Below are positions 24,940-33,727 of a stretch of DNA of 45,565 bases, one piece after another. The position numbers and the translations under genes are program-made. The first letter of the stretch is position 1, and each line of letters opens with the position of its first letter. The stretch lies in the NCBI GenBank assembly GCA_038227435.1, contig JBBRPW010000001.1, positions 75,632 to 121,196 on the forward strand. Reading direction: 5' to 3'. The stretch is from Minisyncoccia bacterium (GTDB lineage: Bacteria > Patescibacteriota > Minisyncoccia > Phycocordibacterales > CALRBL01). Below the pieces are notes generated by a model. It searched no databases, had not been told where the DNA came from, and saw nothing but the letters and a program-made list of their open reading frames with translations.

Positions 24940-24948
24940 ACTATATCA
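24940..24948 (-). promoter_or_regulatory. Extended -10 promoter element (TGA-TATAGT) for infC-rpmI-rplT
   Basis: The minus strand reads TGATATAGT, about 36 nt upstream of the infC start. Confidence 0.45.
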
Positions 24949-24971
24949 CATTTTTGGGATTTTGTTAGGGC

Positions 24972-25652
24972 TTAAATCTTATGTTGCACCGCATCCATTT
25001 CGTCCAATAGTCGTGGATAATCGTCCCAAACTATTAGTTTCCAACCTTGGTGTTCATCGCCGCTATTCCAACTATTGTATTCAAGTAGGGTAGTTGAGCA
25101 GTTATGCATCGGGTTTAAAAATGAAAGTCGAACAAGTTCTTGAGAACTAATGTTTTCTCCAAATTCAATTAAAAGCGCCACCATTCGAATAAAAATTCCA
25201 TGTGACACACACATAATATGTTTTTCTGGACGTGCAGCTAAAAAAGCCAAAAGAGCTTTAGCTCTCTCTTTTAAATCTTCAAAATTTTCTTCATCTGAAT
25301 ATCTGAGGTTTTTATCGTGAAAACTTTTATCAATTACATTAATTATTTTTTGTACCTCAGGGTCATCTGCACTTTTTCCAACAATTTCACTAGGATTTCG
25401 TCTTTCTATTAAAAGATTTGTTACTTCAAGTGGATGTTTTAATTGTGCATTAATAATTTCTGCTGTTTGCATCGTTCTTTCATATGGGCTCACAAAAATA
25501 ATATCGATTGGAGTTTTACTGAATCTGTCGGCAACAAATTCTGCTTGTTTTATGCCATGAGGGCTTAATTTACCGAGTGGACCCTGTCTAACATTGTTTG
25601 CATTGTTCTCACTTTCGCCGTGACGGACGAGATAAATCTGCTTGGTTGCCAT
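24972..25652 (-). CDS. Histidine phosphatase family protein (phosphoglycerate-mutase-like)
   Basis: LVRHGESENN (RHG motif) and a downstream SHG motif. Confidence 0.85.
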   Translation of the reverse strand: MATKQIYLVRHGESENNANNVRQGPLGKLSPHGIKQAEFVADRFSKTPIDIIFVSPYERTMQTAEIINAQLKHPLEVTNLLIERRNPSEIVGKSADDPEVQKIINVIDKSFHDKNLRYSDEENFEDLKERAKALLAFLAARPEKHIMCVSHGIFIRMVALLIEFGENISSQELVRLSFLNPMHNCSTTLLEYNSWNSGDEHQGWKLIVWDDYPRLLDEMDAVQHKI

Positions 25653-25681
25653 GATAAAATGAGTATACTATATATTAATCT

Positions 25682-26293
25682 ATGGCCATCATCGAAAACG
25701 TTCCAACCAGATTAGGGCTCAAAGTCTTATTTGTACAGCTTCTTATGGGTTTAATGCCTGTATTTGGGCTTTTCTTCCTTACTGCAATTGTGGGGATTTT
25801 TATTATTAGATACGACGCGCTCGCGGCATATTTAAACCTTTCAGTAGATTTATATAAGATAGGCCTTACTATTTTAAGTGCATTATTTTTAATTGGACTC
25901 GCAGGAGTTTTTCTTTTCGCATTAATTGTAATTGTGTACAGGGTACTTAGTTACTATTATTACTTCTATACAGTTGCTGAATTTAGTTTCCAAGTTAATA
26001 GTGGAATCTTCGATCGACAAGATATATCAATTTCATATAGACAAATTAGAAATGTGGATATTAGCCAACCGTTTCTATTCACTGTTTTGGGAGTAGCCCT
26101 CGTTGATATTTTTAGCTTGAGTAATGCAAGTGATGCAGTCAATCCCTCAAAAGGAATTGATATGATAATAATGCTTGATCGTGACACAGCGGAGGAGCTT
26201 CAAACATTTTTGATTAAAAAATCAAATGTTGGTGAAGTAATTGAATTTCCCGGAGGTGCAAGAGCTACCATTTCAAGAACTGAAAAATTTTAG
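25682..26293 (+). CDS. Membrane protein with bacterial PH domain (bPH_2 / YdbS-YdbT-like)
   Basis: Multi-TM N-terminal region followed by FDRQDISISYRQIRNVDISQPFLFTVLG, typical of bPH_2. Confidence 0.7.
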   Translation: MAIIENVPTRLGLKVLFVQLLMGLMPVFGLFFLTAIVGIFIIRYDALAAYLNLSVDLYKIGLTILSALFLIGLAGVFLFALIVIVYRVLSYYYYFYTVAEFSFQVNSGIFDRQDISISYRQIRNVDISQPFLFTVLGVALVDIFSLSNASDAVNPSKGIDMIIMLDRDTAEELQTFLIKKSNVGEVIEFPGGARATISRTEKF

Positions 26294-26333
26294 TTCTTCG
26301 AATACCTTTTATCAAAATATACATTTAAAATAT

Positions 26334-26606
26334 ATGAAAAATACGTACATAAAGCTTATATTCAGCCTCACTATGATTATTGGTTTGTTAGTGCACCCAG
26401 TTTTAATTTCTGCAAAAACAACTACAGATACAGCAAATTCTGTTAAAACTTCTGTTACATCAAAAAAAGAAGTACATGATATGAAAGTTGTTAAAAAAAC
26501 TGCCAAAAAAGTAGCTAAAAAGAGAGCGCAAAAAAAGAAAAAGAAGGGAACAAGTAAATTATTGCCCGCTCCACTTTTTGACCCACTCACAGCACCTGGA
26601 AATTAG
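26334..26606 (+). CDS. Small secreted Lys-rich protein (90 aa)
   Basis: ATG at 26334 is preferred over the overlapping track start at 26241. Signal peptide IKLIFSLTMIIGLLVHPVLISA, then Thr/Ser-rich and KKTAKKVAKKRAQKKKKKG segments. Confidence 0.55.
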   Translation: MKNTYIKLIFSLTMIIGLLVHPVLISAKTTTDTANSVKTSVTSKKEVHDMKVVKKTAKKVAKKRAQKKKKKGTSKLLPAPLFDPLTAPGN

Positions 26607-26630
26607 TCTGTAATCATTTATACTAGGAGC

Positions 26631-26852
26631 ATGTCAAAAAGTTTATTGGGAATTGGATTTGCTTTAGTTGGTTTAATTATTGCCTACACTCCATTTCAAG
26701 AAACAATTAAAATTCCTCTCATTATCTTTTTGTTTGTTTGCCAGCTTTTTATCTTTTCATTTTTTGAAACATACCGAATTAGAAGTGAACGTTTAGAGGT
26801 TGAAAAGAAAGAGCAAGAACAAGAGCAGAATCACGAATCTAGCCATGAATAG
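26631..26852 (+). CDS. Small 2-TM membrane protein (73 aa) with an acidic tail
   Basis: Two hydrophobic helices followed by EVEKKEQEQEQNHESSHE. Its stop overlaps the next ATG by 8 nt. Confidence 0.5.
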   Translation: MSKSLLGIGFALVGLIIAYTPFQETIKIPLIIFLFVCQLFIFSFFETYRIRSERLEVEKKEQEQEQNHESSHE

Positions 26853-28164
26853 AACTAATCAGATCTTAACCCTTTCATTTTCTTTTGCTGTTTGCGTTTG
26901 TTTCTTTGCTCTGCCTCATATGTTGCGAGTCAATTATGTAAGGGATGGCATTAAAACTGACAAAGTTGGAGGAGGCGCTGCGTATGTTGCTGCCGCTACT
27001 AATCAATTGAATACTTCAACTTCTTCAACTTCTGCAACAACTACAACAATCACTACCGCTTTAAATTCAACAACCACAGATAGCACGTCATCGAACAATC
27101 AGACAACTGATGTTAATAATCAAGGAACAGGAGTAACTGTTCAATTTGATTCTCAAAATGTTTCTCATATTAAAACTCCAAAGCAAGTCAAGGCAATTTA
27201 TATTTCAAGTTGGGTAGCAGGTACGCAATCACTCCGAACAAAATTAATTGCACTCGCTGATAATACAGAAATTAATGCAGTTGTAATCGACATCAAAGAT
27301 TACACAGGAAAAATGTCATTTATCCCAAATGATAAAGGGTTACTTGATAGTGGAGTGGGAGAAAAACGAATTGCGGACATTGATTCACTTCTCGCCACAC
27401 TTCATCAAAAAGGAATTTATGTTATTGGGCGAGTAGCTACGTTTCAAGATCCATTTTTAGGGCAGATCCATCCAGAAATTGCGGTGAAGAAAGCAAGTGA
27501 TGGAAAAATTTGGAAAGATAAAAAAGGAATTAGTTGGATCGATGCAGGATCAAAACTTGCATGGGAGCATAATAAAAATATTGCGATTGAGTCATATAAT
27601 AGGGGATTTGATGAAATTCAATTTGATTACATAAGGTATCCATCTGATGGAAATATGCAAGACATTGCATTTCCCCAAAGTAATTTATCGGCAAAAGTTA
27701 CTAAACATTCAGTGCTAAAAAGTTTCTTCTCATATTTACACGACGAGCTTTCTCCAAAAGGAATTATTATTTCAGCCGATTTATTTGGAATGACAACGGT
27801 TACCACTGACGACTTAGGAATTGGCCAAGTATTAGGAGATGCACTGACTACAATGGATTACGTTTCGCCAATGGTATATCCATCACATTTTCCAAATGGT
27901 TGGGAAAAGTTTAAAAATCCAGCCGCAAAACCATATGAAGTAATTCAAATTTCAATGTCAGGTGCAGTTAAAAAGGCAAAAGAGGTTGGAGTTTCTCCAC
28001 TTAAACTCCGCCCTTGGCTCCAAGATTTTAATTTAGGTGCAACATATACCGATGAAATGGTTCGTAAACAAATTCAAGCAACATATGATGTTGGTCTAAA
28101 TTCGTGGTTACTGTGGAGTGCTGCAAATCACTATCATGAAGGGGCACTCGAAAAAACTCAATAG
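26845..28164 (+). CDS. Membrane-anchored putative glycoside hydrolase (DUF4015-like TIM barrel) with a Ser/Thr-rich linker
   Basis: ATG at 26845 is preferred. TM helix, then TSTSSTSATTTTITT linker, then AVVIDIKDYTG...IGRVATFQD...QFDYIRYPSDG motifs. Confidence 0.7.
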   Translation: MNRTNQILTLSFSFAVCVCFFALPHMLRVNYVRDGIKTDKVGGGAAYVAAATNQLNTSTSSTSATTTTITTALNSTTTDSTSSNNQTTDVNNQGTGVTVQFDSQNVSHIKTPKQVKAIYISSWVAGTQSLRTKLIALADNTEINAVVIDIKDYTGKMSFIPNDKGLLDSGVGEKRIADIDSLLATLHQKGIYVIGRVATFQDPFLGQIHPEIAVKKASDGKIWKDKKGISWIDAGSKLAWEHNKNIAIESYNRGFDEIQFDYIRYPSDGNMQDIAFPQSNLSAKVTKHSVLKSFFSYLHDELSPKGIIISADLFGMTTVTTDDLGIGQVLGDALTTMDYVSPMVYPSHFPNGWEKFKNPAAKPYEVIQISMSGAVKKAKEVGVSPLKLRPWLQDFNLGATYTDEMVRKQIQATYDVGLNSWLLWSAANHYHEGALEKTQ

Positions 28165-28204
28165 CTATTCGGATTTAGCAATCAAAATGATATAGTTATC
28201 TCAA

Positions 28205-30211
28205 ATGGGTAATCCTGACATTACATACTTTGCGGAAACGGATGCGCGAAATAGACGTACGCCGTTTGGAATTAAAGACGAAGACAGATCTCGTCATATC
28301 TACATTATTGGAAAGACGGGTATGGGTAAATCAACTACTCTTGAAAACATGGCCATTCAAGATGTTCAAAGAGGAAATGGTTTCGCCTTCCTTGATCCTC
28401 ACGGAAAAACAGCTGACTTATTTTTAGAATACATTCCTGAACATCGAAAAAAAGATGTGATTTATTTTGCACCGTTTGATACTGATTTTCCAATTGCATT
28501 TAATGTGATGGAAGACGTGGGCTACGATAAGCGTCATTTAGTGGTAAGTGGACTGATGTCGGCTTTTAAAAAGATTTGGGTAGATGCCTGGAGTGCCAGA
28601 ATGGAATACATTTTGAGCAATATTTTGCTTGCGCTATTGGAGTATCCAAATTCAACAATGATTGGGGTAAACCGAATGCTTTCAGATAAAGAATATCGAA
28701 GGAAAGTTGTTGATTATGTAACTGACCCATCAGTAAAACTTTTTTGGACCGACGAATATGCAAAATGGCCAGAAAATTATGCACGTGAAGCGGGCGCTGC
28801 TATTCAAAATAAAATTGGGCAATTTATTTCGAATCCATTAATTCGAAATATTATTGGACAAACCAAATCGACATTCGACATTCGAAAGGCGATGGATGAA
28901 AAAAAGATTATCATCGTTAACCTTTCAAAAGGAAGAATGGGGGAAACGAATGCAAACTTACTTGGAAGTATGCTCATTACTAAAATTTATTTAGCTGCGC
29001 TTTCTCGCGCAGATCAAAGTGAAAAACAGCTTGATAAATTACCTCCCTTTTATTTGTATGTAGATGAGTTTCAAAACTTCGCCAACGAATCATTCGCCGG
29101 AATTCTTTCTGAGGCCCGAAAATATAAATTATGTTTAACGGTGGCTCATCAATATATTGAACAAATGAGTGATGAGGTACGTGCAGCAGTATTTGGAAAC
29201 GTGGGCACTATGATTAGTTTTAGAGTGGGAGCATACGATGCTGATGTTCTTGAAAAAGAATTTACTCCAACTTTCGTGGCTGAGGATTTAGTGAATTTGG
29301 GGAAGTATCAAATTTACTTAAAATTAATGATTGATGAAGTAACTTCAGCACCATTTTCTGCAAATACGATTCCTCAAATTGAAAAACCAATTGTGTCGTT
29401 TAAGGATGAAGCAATTGCTGAATCGCGAAAAGCCTACGCACTTCCGCGAGAAGTTGTGGAAAAAGAAATTCAAGATTGGCATGCAATTTCTCCAGTGTCA
29501 TCAGGAGGGAATGATAAAAGAGATGGAGAAAGAAAAGATGGAGGTAGAGATGGTGGAGGAAGAGACGCTGCTCCTCGAAATAGAGATGGTGACAGAGACC
29601 GAGGAGGAGGATTTGATAAGGTTGATAGAGGACAAGCCGAGCAAAAACGTGCTTCAAAAAATGCAGAAGAAAATTTTCAATTCTTGGCCCGAAGTACAAA
29701 AAACGATATCGATAGAAATGTAACTCCTTCTCCATCGCTTTCCCAATCTCCATCTCCAACCCAACAATCAACACATATTCAAAAATCACATCAACCCCAC
29801 CATACTACTCAGGATCAAAAGCCAGGACAACATTCTGTGCCACACGTTTCCCATCATCAAGCAGCCCATTCTCATGCACATCAACCTCCTCAGCAAAAAG
29901 TTTCTTTAAATCATTTAGCAGATGGAAAAAATAAACAATTAAATACTCAAAAGGCTGCTTCACATACTCACATTCAAGGATTGCGTGATGCTCTTAAGTC
30001 GTATATCAAACCAGAAACAAATGGTCCTGGAGTAAAAGCTGAAGAGAAGGTTGATGAAAAAAATGAAAACATTAAATCAGAGCATGTGTCAGAAGATAGA
30101 TCTCATCAAAGTAATCAATCTAATCAAAATAATTCTGCTAACTCTAGTCCAAAAAAAGAAGTTCCAAAAGATGAGTTGATTAAGATTTTGAAAGGTAACG
30201 ACGAATCTTAA
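28205..30211 (+). CDS. T4SS-type (VirD4/TraG-like, FtsK-HerA superfamily) P-loop ATPase without TM segments, with a disordered C-terminal tail of about 250 aa
   Basis: Walker A GKTGMGKS (about 28310-28333), Walker B FYLYVDEFQN (about 29047-29077), LSEARKYKLCLTVAHQYIEQM. Colinear with the C-terminal half of the protein at 16946-19846. Confidence 0.8.
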   Translation: MGNPDITYFAETDARNRRTPFGIKDEDRSRHIYIIGKTGMGKSTTLENMAIQDVQRGNGFAFLDPHGKTADLFLEYIPEHRKKDVIYFAPFDTDFPIAFNVMEDVGYDKRHLVVSGLMSAFKKIWVDAWSARMEYILSNILLALLEYPNSTMIGVNRMLSDKEYRRKVVDYVTDPSVKLFWTDEYAKWPENYAREAGAAIQNKIGQFISNPLIRNIIGQTKSTFDIRKAMDEKKIIIVNLSKGRMGETNANLLGSMLITKIYLAALSRADQSEKQLDKLPPFYLYVDEFQNFANESFAGILSEARKYKLCLTVAHQYIEQMSDEVRAAVFGNVGTMISFRVGAYDADVLEKEFTPTFVAEDLVNLGKYQIYLKLMIDEVTSAPFSANTIPQIEKPIVSFKDEAIAESRKAYALPREVVEKEIQDWHAISPVSSGGNDKRDGERKDGGRDGGGRDAAPRNRDGDRDRGGGFDKVDRGQAEQKRASKNAEENFQFLARSTKNDIDRNVTPSPSLSQSPSPTQQSTHIQKSHQPHHTTQDQKPGQHSVPHVSHHQAAHSHAHQPPQQKVSLNHLADGKNKQLNTQKAASHTHIQGLRDALKSYIKPETNGPGVKAEEKVDEKNENIKSEHVSEDRSHQSNQSNQNNSANSSPKKEVPKDELIKILKGNDES

Positions 30212-30986
30212 AGAGTTGTTTTTTAATAATTGGTCTCCATATGCCAATAAAATAGAAAGGATAGTATGGTTTGTATCGTTTTAGAATCATCGTTGAAGCC
30301 AAAATGTCTTTTTCTTGGCTTATTTTCGATATATTTCCATCGTGCTTTAAATACGATGTTGTAATATCGGGAAGGTTTGCTAACTCATGCTTAACACCAA
30401 GGCACATAAATAAATCCCAATCTTCCCAAATAGGAACGCTAGGATCGTAAATATCTCCTTCATTATTAATTGAAACGAGCATTGATTTTCTGATGAGAGT
30501 TGTAGAATGCATCAATTGATTAAAAAGCATCATTCGGTTTTTTATTTTTTTATTTATTAGTGCAAAGTGAGTAGTAAACAATGTGCGGGCATTTTGATCG
30601 GTAATGTTTGCTTGTGTACCAACTACAGCAACCTGTTTATTTTTTTCTGTTTCCATAAAAAAAACCTGCTTCTCGATTTTTCGGGGATCGTGCCACCAGT
30701 CGTCGCTATCGAGCGGTGCAACATACACACCTTTTGCGTAGGCGAGTGCTTTGTTTCTGTTTTTTGTAATTCCTAAATTACTTTCATTTTTAATATAGGT
30801 AATTCTGTAATCATTAAAAGATTTCACAACTTCTTCAGTATTATCTGTTGAGGCATCGTCGAGCACAATTACTTCAAGATTAGGATGTGTTTGAGCCAAA
30901 GCACTTTTAATTGAAAGCACCAAAAGCGGAGCACGGTTAAATGTGCAAATAATGACCGATACGAGAGGTGAGTTAATGTTATTCAT
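30180..30986 (-). CDS. Family 2 glycosyltransferase
   Basis: VSVIICTFNRAPLL...VIVLDDASTDNT. Its 3' end overlaps the convergent ATPase gene by 32 nt. Confidence 0.85.
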   Translation of the reverse strand: MNNINSPLVSVIICTFNRAPLLVLSIKSALAQTHPNLEVIVLDDASTDNTEEVVKSFNDYRITYIKNESNLGITKNRNKALAYAKGVYVAPLDSDDWWHDPRKIEKQVFFMETEKNKQVAVVGTQANITDQNARTLFTTHFALINKKIKNRMMLFNQLMHSTTLIRKSMLVSINNEGDIYDPSVPIWEDWDLFMCLGVKHELANLPDITTSYLKHDGNISKISQEKDILASTMILKRYKPYYPFYFIGIWRPIIKKQLFKIRRYLSKS

Positions 30987-31017
30987 ATTTCTACCTCAAT
31001 TACGGCTCAGCGCAGGG

Positions 31018-32010
31018 CTATTCAAGAGGTATATCTATTGTAACCCAAGTAGGAGGGATTAGGTCAATAGAGCTAAAACCAGAGGCTTTATAGAATTCTT
31101 TAGGGCAAATTACTGTCTTATTAAGATTTTTTTGAGATAAGAAAGATGCCCACCAGCCATATGTACTATTTGAAAGAATAAAATGATCTGCCTCAGTCAT
31201 ATCAGCCATTTGGACTATTGATGGATTAATTACTTTTGCTTGATCAGTTTTGAGGTTGGGGTTATAGAAAGATAAAATATCTTTTTGATTTATTCCAATA
31301 TTATTTCTATTAAGATTTTCTTCACACCAAGGAATATCGTCGGAGTAAATCATCCATTCGGTAGGGGATGAGGCTGTTGAAATTGTTGAAGCCAATATTT
31401 CATACATTTTTTTTACTGCCTCTTTAACGTACGTTACTGAAACTACTCCATGGAATGCACGAGTACGAGGGTCGTTTGCCATATCTCCTCGTCGAATATG
31501 AATACATATTTTTTTTGATTGCTCACTACCTTCATTTCCACTATCGGTTCTAGATTCATTACTTGGCGAATTAAGATATGAACTTAAATCAAAATCATGC
31601 CTAATTCTCTCTTCTATTTGATTAAAGTATTTATAACTTTGCCAATTTCCATCAAAATAGGCGTCATCTTTCACATATGTCTCATAATTGTCATGTTGAA
31701 AATGTTTTTCCTGAACAAATCTTTTATTAATCTTCGTTAAAACTTTATCGTATATCCTTCCTAAAATTCCAGAGTGTAATGCATACGTGGGAAGAGAGAT
31801 AAATTTATTTTTATCGATATTTGGAAAATGACTTAACACTAAAGGCCGCTTAGCGAATGAACGAAAACTATTATATTTTGATGATTCGATGTCTTCTAAA
31901 AAACGAGTATCATATTTTACTTCCTTCCCTGTCTTATTCGACAACGCCTCACCGAATACATATTGAAACATTTGATTGCCGAGTCCTCCTTTTAATCGAA
32001 TGTAAAACAT
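31018..32010 (-). CDS. GT11-family alpha-1,2-fucosyltransferase-like protein
   Basis: N-terminal LKGGLGNQMFQY, HIRRGD motif, SNSTYGWWASFL. Confidence 0.8.
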   Translation of the reverse strand: MFYIRLKGGLGNQMFQYVFGEALSNKTGKEVKYDTRFLEDIESSKYNSFRSFAKRPLVLSHFPNIDKNKFISLPTYALHSGILGRIYDKVLTKINKRFVQEKHFQHDNYETYVKDDAYFDGNWQSYKYFNQIEERIRHDFDLSSYLNSPSNESRTDSGNEGSEQSKKICIHIRRGDMANDPRTRAFHGVVSVTYVKEAVKKMYEILASTISTASSPTEWMIYSDDIPWCEENLNRNNIGINQKDILSFYNPNLKTDQAKVINPSIVQMADMTEADHFILSNSTYGWWASFLSQKNLNKTVICPKEFYKASGFSSIDLIPPTWVTIDIPLE

Positions 32011-32047
32011 ATAAATTTAGTATTTTTTGATTGCAGTGTTAATTATT

Positions 32048-32794
32048 TTATTTTACAAAATGAAAACATCCACAGGCATAGTGTTCATTCTCTAATAATT
32101 TAGGATCGGCATTTAAAATTATTCCTCCATCTTTTTCAAATTCGGGAATTAATGAAAATTCTTTTAGGGTAAGGCCTCCCATCATACTCATTACAAGATC
32201 GTAGGTATAAATTCGATGTGCATTAAATTCGATCAAAGCCTTTTTACCAATAGGGGCAACGTATAAAAACGAACCACCTGATTTAAGCACGCGTTTAATT
32301 TCTTCAATTGCTTTAATATCGCCTTTAGGGTCGATAGGGTCGCCATAACGTCCTAAGCCCACATGTTCAATGGTATGCATGCATGAAAGGCTATCTATAC
32401 TCTCAGTTTGAAAGGGAAGGCTATGTAAATTTCCGGCCTCGCTTTTTAAATTAGATAAATATAGAGCGGCTGGGCGATAATCATAGAAATTAACTGGAAG
32501 AAAAGCTGAAACGATTCCACAAAAATATAAACTCGAACTAATATCGGTATGTACTGTTGGATTAATTTCTTTAACTTTCCTAGCTGCCCATGAAGTGTGG
32601 TACACGTAATGTCTATCAAAACCAGTTCCAATTGTTTTGTCTCTAATTTGCGGATTGAGGTCAAGTACATTTAATTCGAACCGATCATCTTTAATATTAT
32701 TTTTTAGTCGATCAAAGAAATAAAAGTCACCTAAGACGAAAGGGCTTAAAATAAATCGAATAAGGATTTTAACAATAGATTTCAATTCAGACAT
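32048..32794 (-). CDS. Class I SAM-dependent methyltransferase (DUF268-like)
   Basis: SCMHTIEHVGLGRYGDPIDPKGD...LKSGGSFLYVAPIG pattern. Confidence 0.65.
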   Translation of the reverse strand: MSELKSIVKILIRFILSPFVLGDFYFFDRLKNNIKDDRFELNVLDLNPQIRDKTIGTGFDRHYVYHTSWAARKVKEINPTVHTDISSSLYFCGIVSAFLPVNFYDYRPAALYLSNLKSEAGNLHSLPFQTESIDSLSCMHTIEHVGLGRYGDPIDPKGDIKAIEEIKRVLKSGGSFLYVAPIGKKALIEFNAHRIYTYDLVMSMMGGLTLKEFSLIPEFEKDGGIILNADPKLLENEHYACGCFHFVK

Positions 32795-33722
32795 TATTTA
32801 TTTCGTTTATTAAGTTAAGTGCGGTTATTTTATCAGTAAAATTAGTATTTATATACGCTCGAGGAGAAAAGCTATTTTTTGAAGATTGATAAGAGTGCCA
32901 AACCTCTTTAAATTGGGCTTTTTTGAATGAAAGTCCACAGTTTTGGGTTAAGTACGGAGCGCTGATTTTCCCTTCGGTTTTATTTCCATTTTTGTCGGTA
33001 AACACTCCATGTTCATATACAAGTGTAGGTATGTTTCTTGCCCACGCTTCAAACATTGCTAGTCCTTGGCTTTCGCTGTTTTGTAAATAAATTAACACTT
33101 CAGTTTCCTTAAGGGTATTGAAATATTTTTGCTGTGAGAAAGATCCATACTCAAGTATTTCAAAAGGTTGATTAATATCTGAAAAATAGTCGGTAACTTC
33201 TTTTAAAACTTCCTCGGAAACATTTTTTTTGTAAATTAATGTTTTATTGGCATCTATTTTTTTTTGAACATCAGGAACTTTTACTCCACACGGCCAAATA
33301 ATTACCTTATTTGAAAGGGCAGGGGAGACAACAATTGTGTGATCTTTTGTCCATTCTGAATTTACAATTATTTTATCTATATCGTTGCTTTCAAGAATAG
33401 AATTAAAATCTTTTGTTGAAACAGCAACATTAGGGCCTGCAAAAAGTGTTTTTACACTTCCATTTTGCTTTGCATCAATCATTTGCTCTAGTGCATCAAC
33501 ACCTGAAAGCACTACTACCTTATCGCTAACATTAGTCATTGATAGTGGGTTTACATTAAACGCGTATTCAGCTTCTTTTAAGCCATCAACTAGGCTTCGA
33601 AACACTGCTTCGGGGCCACGCACCCTTCCTATTACTTTTTTAACGATAGATGAAAGCCACTCTTTAGAGAGGGGATGAAAACCAACGGCCCTTGTTAGAA
33701 TTGTGAGACGGGGTTTTTTCAT
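32787..33722 (-). CDS. GT-B fold glycosyltransferase (GT4-like C-terminal domain)
   Basis: SESQGLAMFEAWARNIPTLV resembles the GT4 E-x7-E region. The TGA stop overlaps the next ATG (ATGTCTGA). Confidence 0.55.
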   Translation of the reverse strand: MKKPRLTILTRAVGFHPLSKEWLSSIVKKVIGRVRGPEAVFRSLVDGLKEAEYAFNVNPLSMTNVSDKVVVLSGVDALEQMIDAKQNGSVKTLFAGPNVAVSTKDFNSILESNDIDKIIVNSEWTKDHTIVVSPALSNKVIIWPCGVKVPDVQKKIDANKTLIYKKNVSEEVLKEVTDYFSDINQPFEILEYGSFSQQKYFNTLKETEVLIYLQNSESQGLAMFEAWARNIPTLVYEHGVFTDKNGNKTEGKISAPYLTQNCGLSFKKAQFKEVWHSYQSSKNSFSPRAYINTNFTDKITALNLINEINNV

Positions 33723-33727
33723 TACAA

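Noticed and set aside
26241-26333. Upstream extension of the small secreted protein ORF, which overlaps the end of the bPH_2 gene. Similar over-extended track starts occur at 26800, 36755, 38572, 41827, 15425, 14572 and 20884.
   Set aside because: In each case an internal ATG gives a sensible N-terminus (a signal peptide or TM helix, a Rossmann GxGxxG, or a GT2 beta1 strand), removes the overlap with the upstream gene, and sits in the A/T-rich context shared by the other starts.
29500-29640. Short tandem GA(T/G)-GG(A/T)/AGA repeats, considered as a possible CRISPR array or VNTR.
   Set aside because: There is no repeat-spacer periodicity. The repeats are in-frame codon repeats (Arg/Asp/Gly) within a continuous ORF. 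No CRISPR array, IS element, integrase or tRNA gene was seen anywhere in the window.
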